Assembly: GCA_026936335.1 (NCBI GenBank)
Contig: JAPMXV010000016.1
Coordinates: 248,001-312,000, forward strand
DNA from: Mantamonas sphyraenae STR306
Taxonomy: Eukaryota; Protista; CRuMs
Direction: 5' to 3'
Length of the DNA: 64,000 nucleotides
The position numbers were made by a program, and so were the translations under genes. Within the stretch, counting starts at the first letter, position 1. Every line of letters starts with the position of its first letter. Shown piece by piece: positions 51,110-63,368 of this stretch. The notes below the pieces were generated by a model. It searched no databases. It was not told where the DNA came from and was given only the letters and a program-made list of their open reading frames with translations.

Positions 51110-54085
51110 ATGTCTTTTTGGCGCTTTGGGTTTCAGAAGGCCTCTCCCATCGATGCGATGCTGGAGAAGGAGGACGTGACTCTGGAAGACCTGTTTGAAG
51201 AGGACGATCTGCTTCAGGAGGTGAAAACACACAACAAGAACCTCGTGACATTGTACGTTGATGGAGAGAGTGAGTGGGAAGGGCAGTGGGTGGGTGGGTA
51301 GGTGGATGGATGGATGAGTGGATGGGTGGGTGGGTGAGAGGAGAGGGAGTTGGGGTGGGGCTGCGCGGCAAGAGAGGAGGCCGCGCGTTTTTCGTCCGGA
51401 GAGGGTGCACGCGCAGTGGACGGGCGCCGCAGGAACGGTGCAGGTGCATGCAAGAGAGGACGGAGAGGGTGAGAATGGAGAGAGACAGGGTGGGAGTTGG
51501 GCAGGGGCGAGGAAACATGTCGCACAGGATGCAGCGGGTGCGGAGAGGAGAGGCGGGAGACGGTTTTGCGTGTTGGGGAGAAAATGGCCCTCCCAGGCAG
51601 AGGAGGAGCTTTTTCGGAAGGGCCGGAGGGTTGGCGAGGGCGAGCCGTAAAGAGGAGAAGGGCAAGGGTGCATGGACACTGACACGGATGGGCGTGGGAC
51701 GCATGCAGTTTGACGCGGGAAGAGAACATGGGAAAGATCCTGCGGTACATTGTAGAGGCGCCGAGCGAAGATCAGCTGAATGCATCTGCTCAGCTGACGG
51801 AGGAGGACGTAGGGACGAGCGAGGGGCCAGGAACAGACGGGGCAGAGGAAGGGGCAAGCAGCAGCTCTGGAGAAGCAGAGAGTGCAGCAGACGAAGATGA
51901 GAGCGGTGAAAAGGAGGCCAAGGTGGAGGATGGAAGCGGGCCAAGCGAGGGCGGCGAGGAGGGTGGTGAGGAGAAGCAGGAGGGTGGTGAGGATGGTGGT
52001 GAGGAGGGCGGCGTGGATGGTGGTGAGGCGGAAGAGGCGGGGGCGGCGCCAATGAGTGAGTACGACCGGATCCAGATGCTGATGCGGTACTCGTTTTTGT
52101 CTGTGGAGATTGTAAAGTGCGAGGTGTGGTCGATCCTGGACACGATTATCCGGTCGAACGAGCACCTGGACCTGCTGCTTTCGTTCCTGGACTACGAGCC
52201 GCCGCTGAGCGAGCTGCAGGCTAATTATTGCTGCTCTGTGCTGTCGCTGCTGCTGAACAAGAAGCCGTACCTGCTGGTGGCCAAGTGCCAGTCGACGGAA
52301 AACCTGGTGCACAACCTGGTGAAGCACTTTGGCACGTATGCAGTCATGGAGCTGACAACGAAGCTGGTGTCGTGCGAAGACTACTCGTCGGAGTGGATGT
52401 TTGACGACGACCTGTGCGGCGAGCTGGTGGCAGCGTTGAACACGGAGAACCCGAGCGTGGACTTGGTGGAGAATGTGGCGCAGGCGCTGAACGACATTGT
52501 GTTGTTTGGCACGCAGGTGGCTAGTTCGTCGCAGGCGACGATTCTCCAGCAATTTCAGGACGTTCCGTTTGTGGACTCGCTCGTGGAGGCGTTGCTTCAT
52601 GATGTGAGTTTGGGTTGTAGGGTGGGAGGAGGGGAGGAGGAGGGGGGGAGGATGAGGACGCTTGCTTACACACAATCACAATCACAGTACTGCGTGGCAC
52701 CGGGATTCAAAGTGCTCGACACGCTGGTGCGCAACACGGTGAACGACTTTCCAGAGGCGCAGGACGAGCTGGACGACTGCCCTGCTGTGATCCAGGCCAT
52801 TGTGAAGCGGTTCGAGAGGCTGCATGCGCTGTTGATGACGCCAAGCCCGATGGCGACGCTGAAGACGACGTTTGGCGTGCTGTCGCCTCCGCTGGGCTCG
52901 CAGCGCTTGGAGGTGATCCAGTTCTTTTTGAACATGTTCCGCACACATTTTCATGTGGTGGACGAGCAGCTGGTGCAGTACAAGGTGATGCAGTCGCTGC
53001 TGGATTTGTTTTTCCAGTACGAGTGGAACAACGCGCTGCATCTCAAGGTGTGCGGTATGGTCGAGGAGGTGCTCGAGGCAGAACACACGCCGGAGCTGCG
53101 CAGCACGTTGATGGTCGAGTGTCGTTTGCTGGACAGGCTGTTGGAGGGAGTGGAGAAGAATGCGAAAGCGACGTGAGTTGAGGAGGGGAAACGGGGGGGG
53201 GAAGGGAACAAGGGGAGGTGGGGGGAAGGGAACAAGGGTGGTGTGTTGAGGACTAACACGTGACGGGTGGTCGTGGCGCACCGCGCGACTCAACACAGCG
53301 AGCGCGGACCTGGGTACTCGCTGGGGTACATGGGCTTTGTGCACAGCATGTCGATGACGGTGATGCACGCTCGCTCGCATCATCCAGAGGTGAGCGCAGT
53401 GGTGGATAGCCATGACGGTTGGCTGGAGTACGCCGAGACGACGCTGAAGGAAAAGGAGGAGGAGGAGGGCAAACAGCTGGGAGGGTTCAAGCCGATGGGC
53501 GAACATGAAGACGAGGAGGAGGAGGATGATCTGCACCACATGGGCATCGCGGGCAACCCGATGGCGTTCCAACAACAGTTTGCCAACTTTACAGACAGCT
53601 TCGACGACGACAACGAGGACAGCGGGCGGCTGATCATCATCGACGACAACGACGACTTTGCAGACGAGGAGGAGGAAGAAGAGGATGAGGAGACGGGAGT
53701 GGTCGTGCCGAGCGGACAGCAGGCGCAGGACGAGGACGACGAGGCAGACTTTGAAGCGCTGGTCGCAAGCCGCGCGTCGGCGTACGCAGCAGCAGATGCA
53801 GAAGAGGACGGCGAAGGTGCAGATGCAGCCAACAGCAGCTTCGACGACATGCAAAACAGCGCTGGCGAGATGAACTTTGCCAACTTTGACTCGATGGACG
53901 CGTTTGACGCAGACGAAATGGTGACCATGAGCCCCGAGCAGGCGCAAGGCGAAGGCGACGGGTTTGAAAACACCTTTGAGGCCGACTTTGGCGAGTTTGT
54001 GTCTGCCGAGGACCTGCCGCCCACCGAGTCGATGGAGGCCATCGACGGGAGTGTGGATGTGAGGGAGGATGAAGAGGAGGGGTGA
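51110..54085 (+). CDS. SIT4/PP6 phosphatase-associated protein (SAPS/PPP6R family); introns 51253-51708, 52604-52687, 53173-53298
   Basis: MSFWRFGF..SPIDAMLEKEDVTLEDLFEEDDLLQEVK..N..LV, TTFGVLSPPLG..RL, LDLFFQYEWNNALH, GYMG, acidic tail. Confidence 0.92.
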
Positions 54086-54125
54086 GGGATGATGAATGGA
54101 GGATGGTCGTGCCATGTTGGACAGT

Positions 54126-57100
54126 TTATTCTGAGGATTCGGAAGGTTGCTGCTGGTCGAGGTCTTGCAGTTCGATGTCCTTGGGATTGGTTGAAGGGGC
54201 GTGGTCAGTCTCCCGGGAGCCGCAGGAAAGGAAAGGGGACGATTTCAGCTCCAGGAGATCGCGCATCAGGGCAAGAAGCTCGGGGTTCTCGTTGGTAGCC
54301 ATATGGTGGGTAGCCTGCAGGAGAACAGAGCGCTCCAATGAGTGGGCAACACGGTGCACGGCGTTTGTGTCTTCATCGAGAGGGGCGTCCAGCATTGCGC
54401 GCATCTGACGGCTGGCGGCGACAACTTGATCTTTGGTCATGCGCGTCTCGGCAATGGCCATGAGGAACGGGTGGTCGTCGGCGCGAAAGACCAAGTGCAG
54501 GAGGTCCTGGAACTCCTTGACGGCCAAGACCTTGTCGTCGCCCATGCGGCTGACCCGCTGGTGCTCGACAAAGCTGTTCCACATGTCGCGGAGGACAAAC
54601 CAGACGGCGCAGACGAGGACAGAGGCAGCGAGAATGGTTGTGGCGAGGCTCCAGCCGTCGCTGCCGGATTCGTCGCTGCCGGTGACAAACACAATGCCGG
54701 CGATGAGAAGGAGGAGACTCTCGACGAGTAGGGCGCTCTCGAGGTTGTTTTGGGCGTTTGTGGCGTAGGGGCGTGCGCGCTCGTGGATGAGGCTGGAGAT
54801 GCCGATGACCATGACGGCAAGCAACGCCTGGAGGGCAGGGAGGGTGGTCACAAAGAGCTGGACAGCGACGATGCCTGCCTTGCGGGCGAGGACAACGCCT
54901 TCAAACCAGTAGTACGAGTCGACAAACTTGGCGTAGAGCGTGGAGTACTTTTGGGAAAAGGCGGGGCGCCTTCGTTCGGCAGGGTCGCGGCCGCGGTACA
55001 TGACAAAGAAGATGAAGGCCGGGAGGCCAACGACGTACAGGAGAAGAAAGACGATGGCCGGGGTAACGAGGCGTGCGTGGGTGCCGTCGGGGGTCCAGCA
55101 CTGGATGTTTGTGGCGACGTCCATGACAAACTCGCCGCTGCGGACCTCTGTGCAGTCGAGGACCTCGAGGACACGTGTGCACAGTGTAATGTAGAGAAGC
55201 GACATGGTGAGCACCATCTCGTTGACGAGAGAACGCAAGGTCTCTTGGTCGACGAGCTCGGATTGGGTGAACAGCGTGCTTGCGGAGTAGCGCATGTAGG
55301 AGAGCAGGTAGCGCGCACGGCTCTGTGTGCCATCGGGCTCTGCGCAGAAAGAGGGATGTGCACGTTTGAAGGCCTCGCCATGGTTCATGACCCATGAAGC
55401 GTGGAGGAACTGGGCGAGGACACGCAGGAGGAGGCCCACTGCGACAACGGCAGGGAGGGCCATGGTGCTCCAGAACTTGTCCTCATAGGACCAAGCGTTG
55501 GACACAGTGCACTCTGGTGCGGTTGCGTCGATGTTAAAGTTGGCAATGGTGAAGAGATTGAGGATGGAGCGGACGCCAGTGGGCCACGGGATGCGGTACT
55601 CGCTAAAGGTGCTCATGACCTGGAGGTGTGTGATGGCCATGGAGGCGACGCGGCCTGTCTGCTTGTGGGCAAAGCGAACCTGGCGCTTGACGAAAAACAG
55701 GTAGAGGACAAAGAGAAGAACCATGGCGGCGAGGGAGCCACCAGACGCTTGCTGGCATGGCTGGCATGATTTGCCGAGCCGGTAGTAGTCCTTGGCACAG
55801 ACACCACACAGGATGCCCTCGTAGCCGGGGGCGCAAGTGGATTGAGTGCCACCGAGGCAGGCGTCGGAGACACCGCAGGGGACGAATCGGCGGTTTGCAC
55901 CTGCGCCGACTGCAAAGAATCCTGCTTGAGGGGCGGGTTGGACAAGGCCACCTGGGCAGTCTGCATTGAGCGGGCAGCGCACACAGGGCTTGCCGGCAAG
56001 GCCGTCGGGTTCATAAAAGTTCTTTAGGCACTGGCAGGTGTCGAGGGTGGTGGCAGTGTCCGAGATGGCGCGGGTGTTTGCAGGGCAAACGACAGGCTTT
56101 GCGACGACAGCAAAGACGACGGCCGGGTTGGCTTCCGGGGTCTGGCCGTCGAGCAGGACAGTGACCGCATAGCTGCCAACGGGGTGGCTTGCAGGGGACT
56201 CGAGGACGATGGAGGTGGAGGTGACCTTGGTCGGCGCGTAGAGATTGCCCGTGCCGAGACGGACAAGGACGGAGGGAGTGTCGATGAAATCTTTGCCCGT
56301 GATGGTGATGCGGGCGACGTCTTCGGAGGTCTTTGAGGTTGGCTGGACGGAGAAGATTTGCGGGTGGACGTAGGTTGTGATCGAGCGGGCGGAGTCGTGG
56401 TAGTGGACGCCGTTGAGGGCGACCCAGATGGACATGGTGGACGGGAGAGTTGTGCCGCTGGTGTCGGGAACGGTAAAGGCGAGACTCGAGGAGGAGAGAG
56501 TGACGTCGGTGGCCTGGAAGAAGACGGAAGAGGAGGCGTGGAGGCGAACTTGCGGGGCTTGCGGGAGTGTGGGCCAGACGCCAGAGAGGGAGACACGTGT
56601 GGAGCCGCCAATGAAGGCATAGGCTGGGGAGGACGCGTTGAAAATGGGGTGCGTAAACACGCGGATGGAGGGGCCGGTTGAAGTGAAGTGGAGGCCTGCG
56701 CTTGACGAGGCCTGCACAGGGACAAGCTGTGTGTCTTGTGGCATCGCAGGGGAGAGTGCGGTGACGGAGGCAAGGTCGGGAACAGTCCACAGGATCTGCG
56801 TGGATGCTGCGTTGGACGTGACATTGCTGGTGATGACGGATGTGTTGACACCCGCACGGAGTTGCAGGGCACCCACAAGGCCCCCCGCGTCGAGAAGATT
56901 GCTGCCGGTGACGGTGACGCGTGCGCTGCCGGTGACAGGCACACTGCTGGGGCTCACGGACAGGATGATGGGCGTTACCGCTGTCAGTGTCTGCGTGGAC
57001 GCTGCGCCGTACTCCAGGCCGCCGTTCAGGGAGACTTGCACCGAGGTCGTGGTGCTCGGCAGCGACGGCGTCACACACGACACGTGTGTGCTGCTCATGT

Positions 57101-60100
57101 AGGTGCAGTCGCCGGGCACGCCGCTGTAGCTCGCCTTGATGTTGGGTACGTCGAGGAAGCCCGTGCCCGTGAGGGTGAGGGTGGTGGGCAGGAAGGCGGC
57201 GATGAGGGAAGGCTCGACGGCGGTGATGGTGGTCGCTGCTGCGTACGTGTATGTGCCTGGCCCAGTTGCATTGACCCAGTCGATGCCGTTGAGAGCTACC
57301 ATGACGGTGACGGTGTGTGGGAGCGGGATGTTTGCGGGCAGAGGAGGGGTGGTTGTGCTGATGCGTGTCGCAGAGGTGGAGACGGTGTCGAGGGGCCCGC
57401 TGTCGAATGCGTGGGAGAGGGAGGCGCATCTTGGCGCCTGTGACGCTGTTTGCGTACTCGCCGGTGGCGATGAGGGAGGTGCCACCTGTGCTGCGTCCGA
57501 GTCGTGGGGAGGTGGCGTTGAAGATGGGCGTGGCGTACACGCGCAGGGATGGGGCGCTGGAGAACGTCGCGCCGTAGTTGGAGCTTACAGAGAGAGGCAG
57601 CGACTGAGTGGCAGTCTGTGTTGTGGAGGAGAGTGTGGTGATGGAGGCAAGGTCGGGAACAGTCCACAGGATCTGCGTGGATGCTGCGTTGGACGTGACG
57701 TTGCTGGTGATGACGGATGTGTTGACACCCGCACGGAGTTGCAGGGCACCCACAAGGCCCCCCGCGTCGAGAAGATTGCTGCCGGTGACGGTGACGCGAG
57801 CGCTGCCGGTGACAGGCACACTGCTGGGGCTCACAGACAGGATGATGGGCGTGACCGCTGTCAGTGTCTGCGTGGACGCTGCGCCGTACTCCAGGCCGCC
57901 GTTCAGGGAGACTTGCACAGAGGTCGTGGTGCTCGGCAGCGACGGCGTCACGCACGACACGTGTGTGCTGCTCATGTAGGTGCAGTCGCCGGGCACGCCG
58001 CTGTAGCTCGCCTTGATGTTGGGTACGTCGAGGAAGCCCGTGCCCGTGAGGGTGAGGGTGGTGGGCAGGAAGGCGGCGATGAGGGATGGCTCGACGGCGG
58101 TGATGGTGGTCGCTGCTGCGTACGTGTATGTGCCTGGCCCAGTTGCATTGACCCAGTCGATGCCGTTGAGAGCTACCATGACGGTGACGGTGTGTGGGAG
58201 CGGGATGTTTGCGGGCAGAGGAGGGGTGGTTGTGCTGATGCGTGTCGCAGAGGTGGAGACGGTGTCGAGGGGCCCGCTGTCGAATGCGTGGGAGAGGAGG
58301 CGCATCTTGGCGCCTGTGACGCTGTTTGCGTACTCGCCGGTGGCGATGAGGGAGGTGCCACCTGTGCTGCGTCCGAGTCGTGGGGAGGTGGCGTTGAAGA
58401 TGGGCGTGGCGTACACGCGCAGGGATGGGGCGCTGGAGAACGTCGCGCCGTAGTTGGAGCTTACAGAGAGAGGCAGCGACTGAGTGGCAGTCTGTGTTGT
58501 GGAGGAGAGTGTGGTGATGGAGGCAAGGTCGGGAACAGTCCACAGGATCTGCGTGGATGCTGCGTTGGACGTGACGTTGCTGGTGATGACGGATGTGTTG
58601 ACACCCGCACGGAGTTGCAGGGCACCCACAAGGCCCCCCGCGTCGAGAAGATTGCTGCCGGTGACGGTGACGCGAGCGCTGCCGGTGACAGGCACACTGC
58701 TGGGGCTCACAGACAGGATGATGGGCGTGACCGCTGTCAGTGTCTGCGTGGACGCTGCGCCGTACTCCAGGCCGCCGTTCAGGGAGACTTGCACAGAGGT
58801 CGTGGTGCTCGGCAGCGACGGCGTCACGCACGACACGTGTGTGCTGCTCATGTAGGTGCAGTCGCCGGGCACGCCGCTGTAGCTCGCCTTGATGTTGGGT
58901 ACGTCGAGGAAGCCCGTGCCCGTGAGGGTGAGGGTGGTGGGCAGGAAGGCGGCGATGAGGGATGGCTCGACGGCGGTGATAGTGGTCGCTGCTGCGTACG
59001 TGTATGTGCCTGGCCCAGTTGCATTGACCCAGTCGATGCCGTTGAGAGCTACCATGACGGTGACAGTGTGTGGGAGCGGGATGTTTGCGGGCAGAGGAGG
59101 AGTGGTTGTGCTGATGCGTGTCACGGAGGTGGAGACGGTGTCGAGGGGCCCGCTGTCGAATGCGTGGGAGAGGAGGCGCATCTTGGCGCCTGTGACGCTG
59201 TTTGCGTACTCGCCGGTGGCGATGAGGGAGGTGCCGCCTGTGCTGCGTCCGAGTCGTGGGGAGGTGGCGTTGAAGATGGGCGTGGCGTACACGCGCACCG
59301 TGGGTCCGTTGATGTACGTCAAGCCAAAGTTTGTGCTGACCTGCATGGTTGCATCAACGAATGCGTTGCCCGGGGAGAGCTGAGAGAATGTGGTGAGAGA
59401 GCCTTTGGAAAACACGATGCGTGTGTTGTCGTTTGTGGAAGTCAGCGGATAGTACTCGCGAAAGGAGGTCTGCATGTTGATGCGTGCGCGGATGTTGCCG
59501 TTGATAAAGTGGGTTCCTGTGAGGGTGATGAGAGTGTTTGTGTCCTGTGGCAGAGCAATGGGGCTGACGGCGGAAAGAATCGGGTAGACCGTTCGGAAGG
59601 AGACGGCACCAGGAGGGGACATCTGACTGCCTACAAGTTGACCGTTGAGGGAAACCTGGACGTCTGCCGTCGTGGGCTCGATGGTGCCGGGGAGGTCGAC
59701 CGTGAACACAGTGGCGTTGACAAAGGCAGCGGTGAGTTGCAGATCGCCGATACGCACGCGTTTCTCGGGCGTGTTGACAAAGCCTGTGCCGATGATGCTG
59801 ACACGCAGCGGCTGCTTGGCAGGAGCGATGCTTGGCTGCAGAGCAGTGACCGTTGGCAAAGGGGAGACGTCGATGGTGACGGGGGGATCGGTTGACGTGT
59901 AGTGGATGCCGTTTGTGGTGAGCTCGACGGGATGGGTGCCCTCGGCAAAGTCTTGCGGCGATTCGCAGCGTATCTTGACGTTCGAGATGTACACAGCCAC
60001 GCGCTCGGTGGAGTTGAAACGACAGCGCAGAAGTTCGCCTGTGTTGTTGAAGCCGTGCCCCGTAAGCGTAACCGTTGCACCACCAGTGGTCGGAGCCCAG

Positions 60101-63100
60101 CTGGGAGCGATGCTGTCCAGGCGGAAGAAGGTGAGATAGGCGTCATCGCTGTACTGCTGACCGTTTTGAGAGATGGCGACGCGGGCGTTGCCCGAGGTTG
60201 CCTCCGGAAAGGCGACGGCAGGGAGGGTAATTGTAACGGCGGAACCACTTGTGAAGCTGCCTAGAGTGTAGAATGTCTGAGCGTTTGCAGTGATGACACG
60301 AGCTAGAATGACGCCCGTGTTGGAGAAGCTCTGTGTTGCAGCCGGGGCGATGGTGACCTGGAGGTTGGGTGGTTTGACGGGCATGGTGGAAGGCGAGATG
60401 GTGCTGATCCCATGCGGCTTGTAGAAGGAGTAGACGTCCGTGAGAGCCACGTAGTTCTGGTCGTTGAAGGAAATGCGGGCGGAGGCTGATTTGAGCTGAG
60501 TGGCAGCGAAAACGCCGAGAAGGGCATCGTAGCTGGGAAGAGTGAGGGTGACCTGCGTTGTACTTCCCTGTGTAAGGGCGGCGGTGACTTTTTGTGTGCC
60601 TGCATTGTCTGGCAGGGTAATTTCGACGACGATTTGTTCGCGCGTTTGCACAAAGCCTGTACCAGTGACAGTGATGCGTGTTCCGCCTGTGGTGGGACCT
60701 GCTTTCGGTGAATAGGCACTCGGGACAGCGTTGTAGGCCTGGAATCTGCCCCCGGAGATGAGATGCCAGTGCTGGCCGTCAAACTGGACAAAGAGGTCGT
60801 ACGGTTGTGTGGCGAGGTTGGCGGGAGTCGTGAATGTGACTGTGGACTCGGTGATGGAGATGGAATCAGATGTGACGATGATTTCGGTGCCCAGGCGGAT
60901 GCGAGCGAGCGATGGCTGGCGCGTGGGCGCGTTGTTCGCTTCAACGACGACCTGAGTTCCGCCCGTGATGGGGCCACTGGTGCGATTGAAGGAGGGGAAT
61001 ATGGTGCTGTAGAACTGAACAGTGGGAGGTTCGTAGTTGGTCGGCTCTGGCAAAAGGGTGACAGAGGCGTTTGCTGTGACGGGGTGGGCCGGCGTGGTGC
61101 AGTTGAGGCGTGTTGAGGTGATAAAGACGCAAGTGGGGGACGGAATGCGTGTGGGGCCAAAGAGGGGCCGCGTGGTGTTGAGCAGATTTGCGCCACGGAC
61201 CTCGAGCCACGTGCCGCCTGTGTCCGGGGAAACGGAGGGGCTGGTGGAGAAGATGACGGCATTGGTGACGGAGCAGTTTGTGCTTCCGGGGACGATGCTT
61301 GTCACATCTGTGGGGCAGGACGAGCATGAGGTGGCTCCCGTGGTGTTTGAAAACTTGCCTGCGGGGCAGAGGGTGCACGGCTTGGTGTCCTCGTCGGCGG
61401 AGGGTCCTTGGTACAGATCTCCCGTGAAGGAGCCGGGGGGACATGTGTTTGGGACAGGAGAAATCTTTGCAAGGACCCAATTGTCGGTGGCATCTCCGGT
61501 GGGGAGGTTTCCTTTAGATGTGACGAGGGAATAGATGGAACCGTCCGCGTTGAGTGCGAGATTGGGCTGGTCGTCGTCTACTGTTGTGCCCCACTGGTGA
61601 GTTGAGAGCAATGTACCGTTGATACGCGCTTGGAGGAGGATGATGTCAAAGTCGCCGATGTGAGTCTGGCCGTTGACTGCAGCATTTGCTGTGCCAACCA
61701 TGTACACTCGGGAGCCGTCGAGAGAAAGGGCAGCGTCGTAGATGAAGTCGGCGTTGCTTGTTCCTGTGTACGTAACATCTAACGTGGAAACATGGACGAC
61801 GTCGAGGTTGGTGTCGTTGAGTGCCACTAGGAACGGGCGATGGATCGACCCCGCCCGAAAAGTGTTTTGGAAATTCTCTGCGATGGTGGTACCCACCACG
61901 TAAATGAGGGACTGTGAGGTACTTGCATGTGCAATGAAACCTCCGTGAGTATTCTTGTTTGCGGTGCCGGTCTCCCCGATGAGGATTGTTGAGAGGCGCG
62001 TACCGTCGAGCGCCCAGCGGGTGGCATACACATAAGAACCTGAGCCAGAGGCAGTCACTCCATCCAAGCCAGTGGAGGCTTCTCCAGACTCGATTAGCTG
62101 ACCATTCGAGGTGATCGAAAGCGATCTCGGCTCAACGGCCTTCCCGTTGACTCCACGTTGCTGGCACCAGTCGACACCCCCCGTGGTGTTTAGGCGACAC
62201 AGGAGAGACATTTCGGCACCCGAGTAGGTGAATCCCGGGTAGGCACCGCCAGCTTTCGCTACGACGAAAGTGGAGCCATCTTGCAGAGTGGCGGTGTCCA
62301 TGCCTTGGGTATTGCCTTCTGTGGCGATGACGGTGGTGTAGACGTGGTCGCCGGCAGCGGTGTACTTGATGACAAATAGCTCTTTTGTGTTGAGGGCGCG
62401 ACGACCGGTGATGACGACGTGGCTGCCTGAGGGCGAAAGACGAACTGTGGAGCGAAAGTTGGCCAGGAAGACTTGCGAGCCTGTGCCAAAGGCACGCCGA
62501 TAGACGAAGTTACCAAGTTTGTCGAGCTTGACGAGAGCGGCATAGGTACTTGCACCTGGAGAAACGCCGCCGGCAAAGGTGTTCTGCACTGAGCCGTACA
62601 TGTAGATGTCGCCGGTGGACTGATCGATGGCCAACCCGGTCGTGGTATCAACTCCACCGGAGCTGCTCTGGTAGTTCCGGACCCAATCTGCATTTGCTAC
62701 AGAGAGGAGAAGGAGGACGAGCGAACAGGCCTGTGTGTGGATGGTGTTGGGGGGGTGGTTAGTGGATTCACGCCGCATTCCCTTTTCGTGGAACGTTTTC
62801 TTCGACCGGGCGTGCACGGGGAAGGGAGGGGTGGTGTGGGGCGTGTTATATGCGAGGTGGAGGAAGATGTGCGTCCGGAGGGATGGAGGCGGGGAAAGGC
62901 CGCGGTGGGAGCGTGGAAGACGGGTTGGGAGGGAGGAAAGGGAGTCGAACGTGTGATCTGCGAGGACGAAAAAAATGTGTTGTAGGTGATGGGCGCGTGG
63001 TAGATGCGAGGGCGGAAAAAGATGTGCGGCAGGAGGGTTGGAGGTGGTCGAGGGAGAGGCAGTTTGGAAGGGTGGGTGGTTGGGAGGGAGGGAGGGAGAG

Positions 63101-63206
63101 TGTGTGGAGGGATGTTCGACGGAAAGGGGAAAATGTGTGATTCGAGATGATTGGCAGGACGTACCAGGGTCAAGAGCCGCGTGCTGTGAAGGGCACGAGG
63201 ATGCAT
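54126..63206 (-). CDS. Giant cell-surface receptor-like protein: signal peptide, beta-propeller-like repeats, Cys-rich repeats, many IPT/TIG domains and a multi-pass TM C-terminus (exon 1 63206-63165, intron 63164-62731; +1 frameshift ~57420)
   Basis: Spliced signal peptide MHPRALHSTRLLTL|ACSLVLLLLSVANA; CPAGKFS..C..CP; repeated SP..GP..GGT.VTVTG..F IPT motifs; CAPGYEGILCGVC..YY followed by 7-9 TM segments with Y..LYAKF...YYWFE.V.L.RK and RPY. Confidence 0.85.
56766..59296 (-). repeat. Coding tandem array, 876-bp unit (292 aa, three IPT/TIG domains) x ~2.9 copies
   Basis: Near-identical blocks offset by 876 nt (877 across the extra G at ~57420), e.g. duplicate shadow ORFs at 57585/58461 and 57608/58484. 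Confidence 0.95.
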
Positions 63207-63368
63207 GAGGTGCAGGATATGGGGTCTGGGTGAAGCGTGTGTTGTGGGAGGTTGGGTTGAATGGGCAGGGGGGTGGTGGGCTTCCAGAAGTGTGTGGCCG
63301 TTGGTTTGCCCGTGCGCCCACACCTCCAAATCAACCACAATGACTCTCCGCGTGTTTTCCTCAATTGA

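Noticed and set aside
57415-57425. Frameshift that would produce a secreted, truncated IPT receptor
   Set aside because: A single extra G relative to the two sister repeat copies, typical of polishing failure in repeats; needs reads before being treated as biological.
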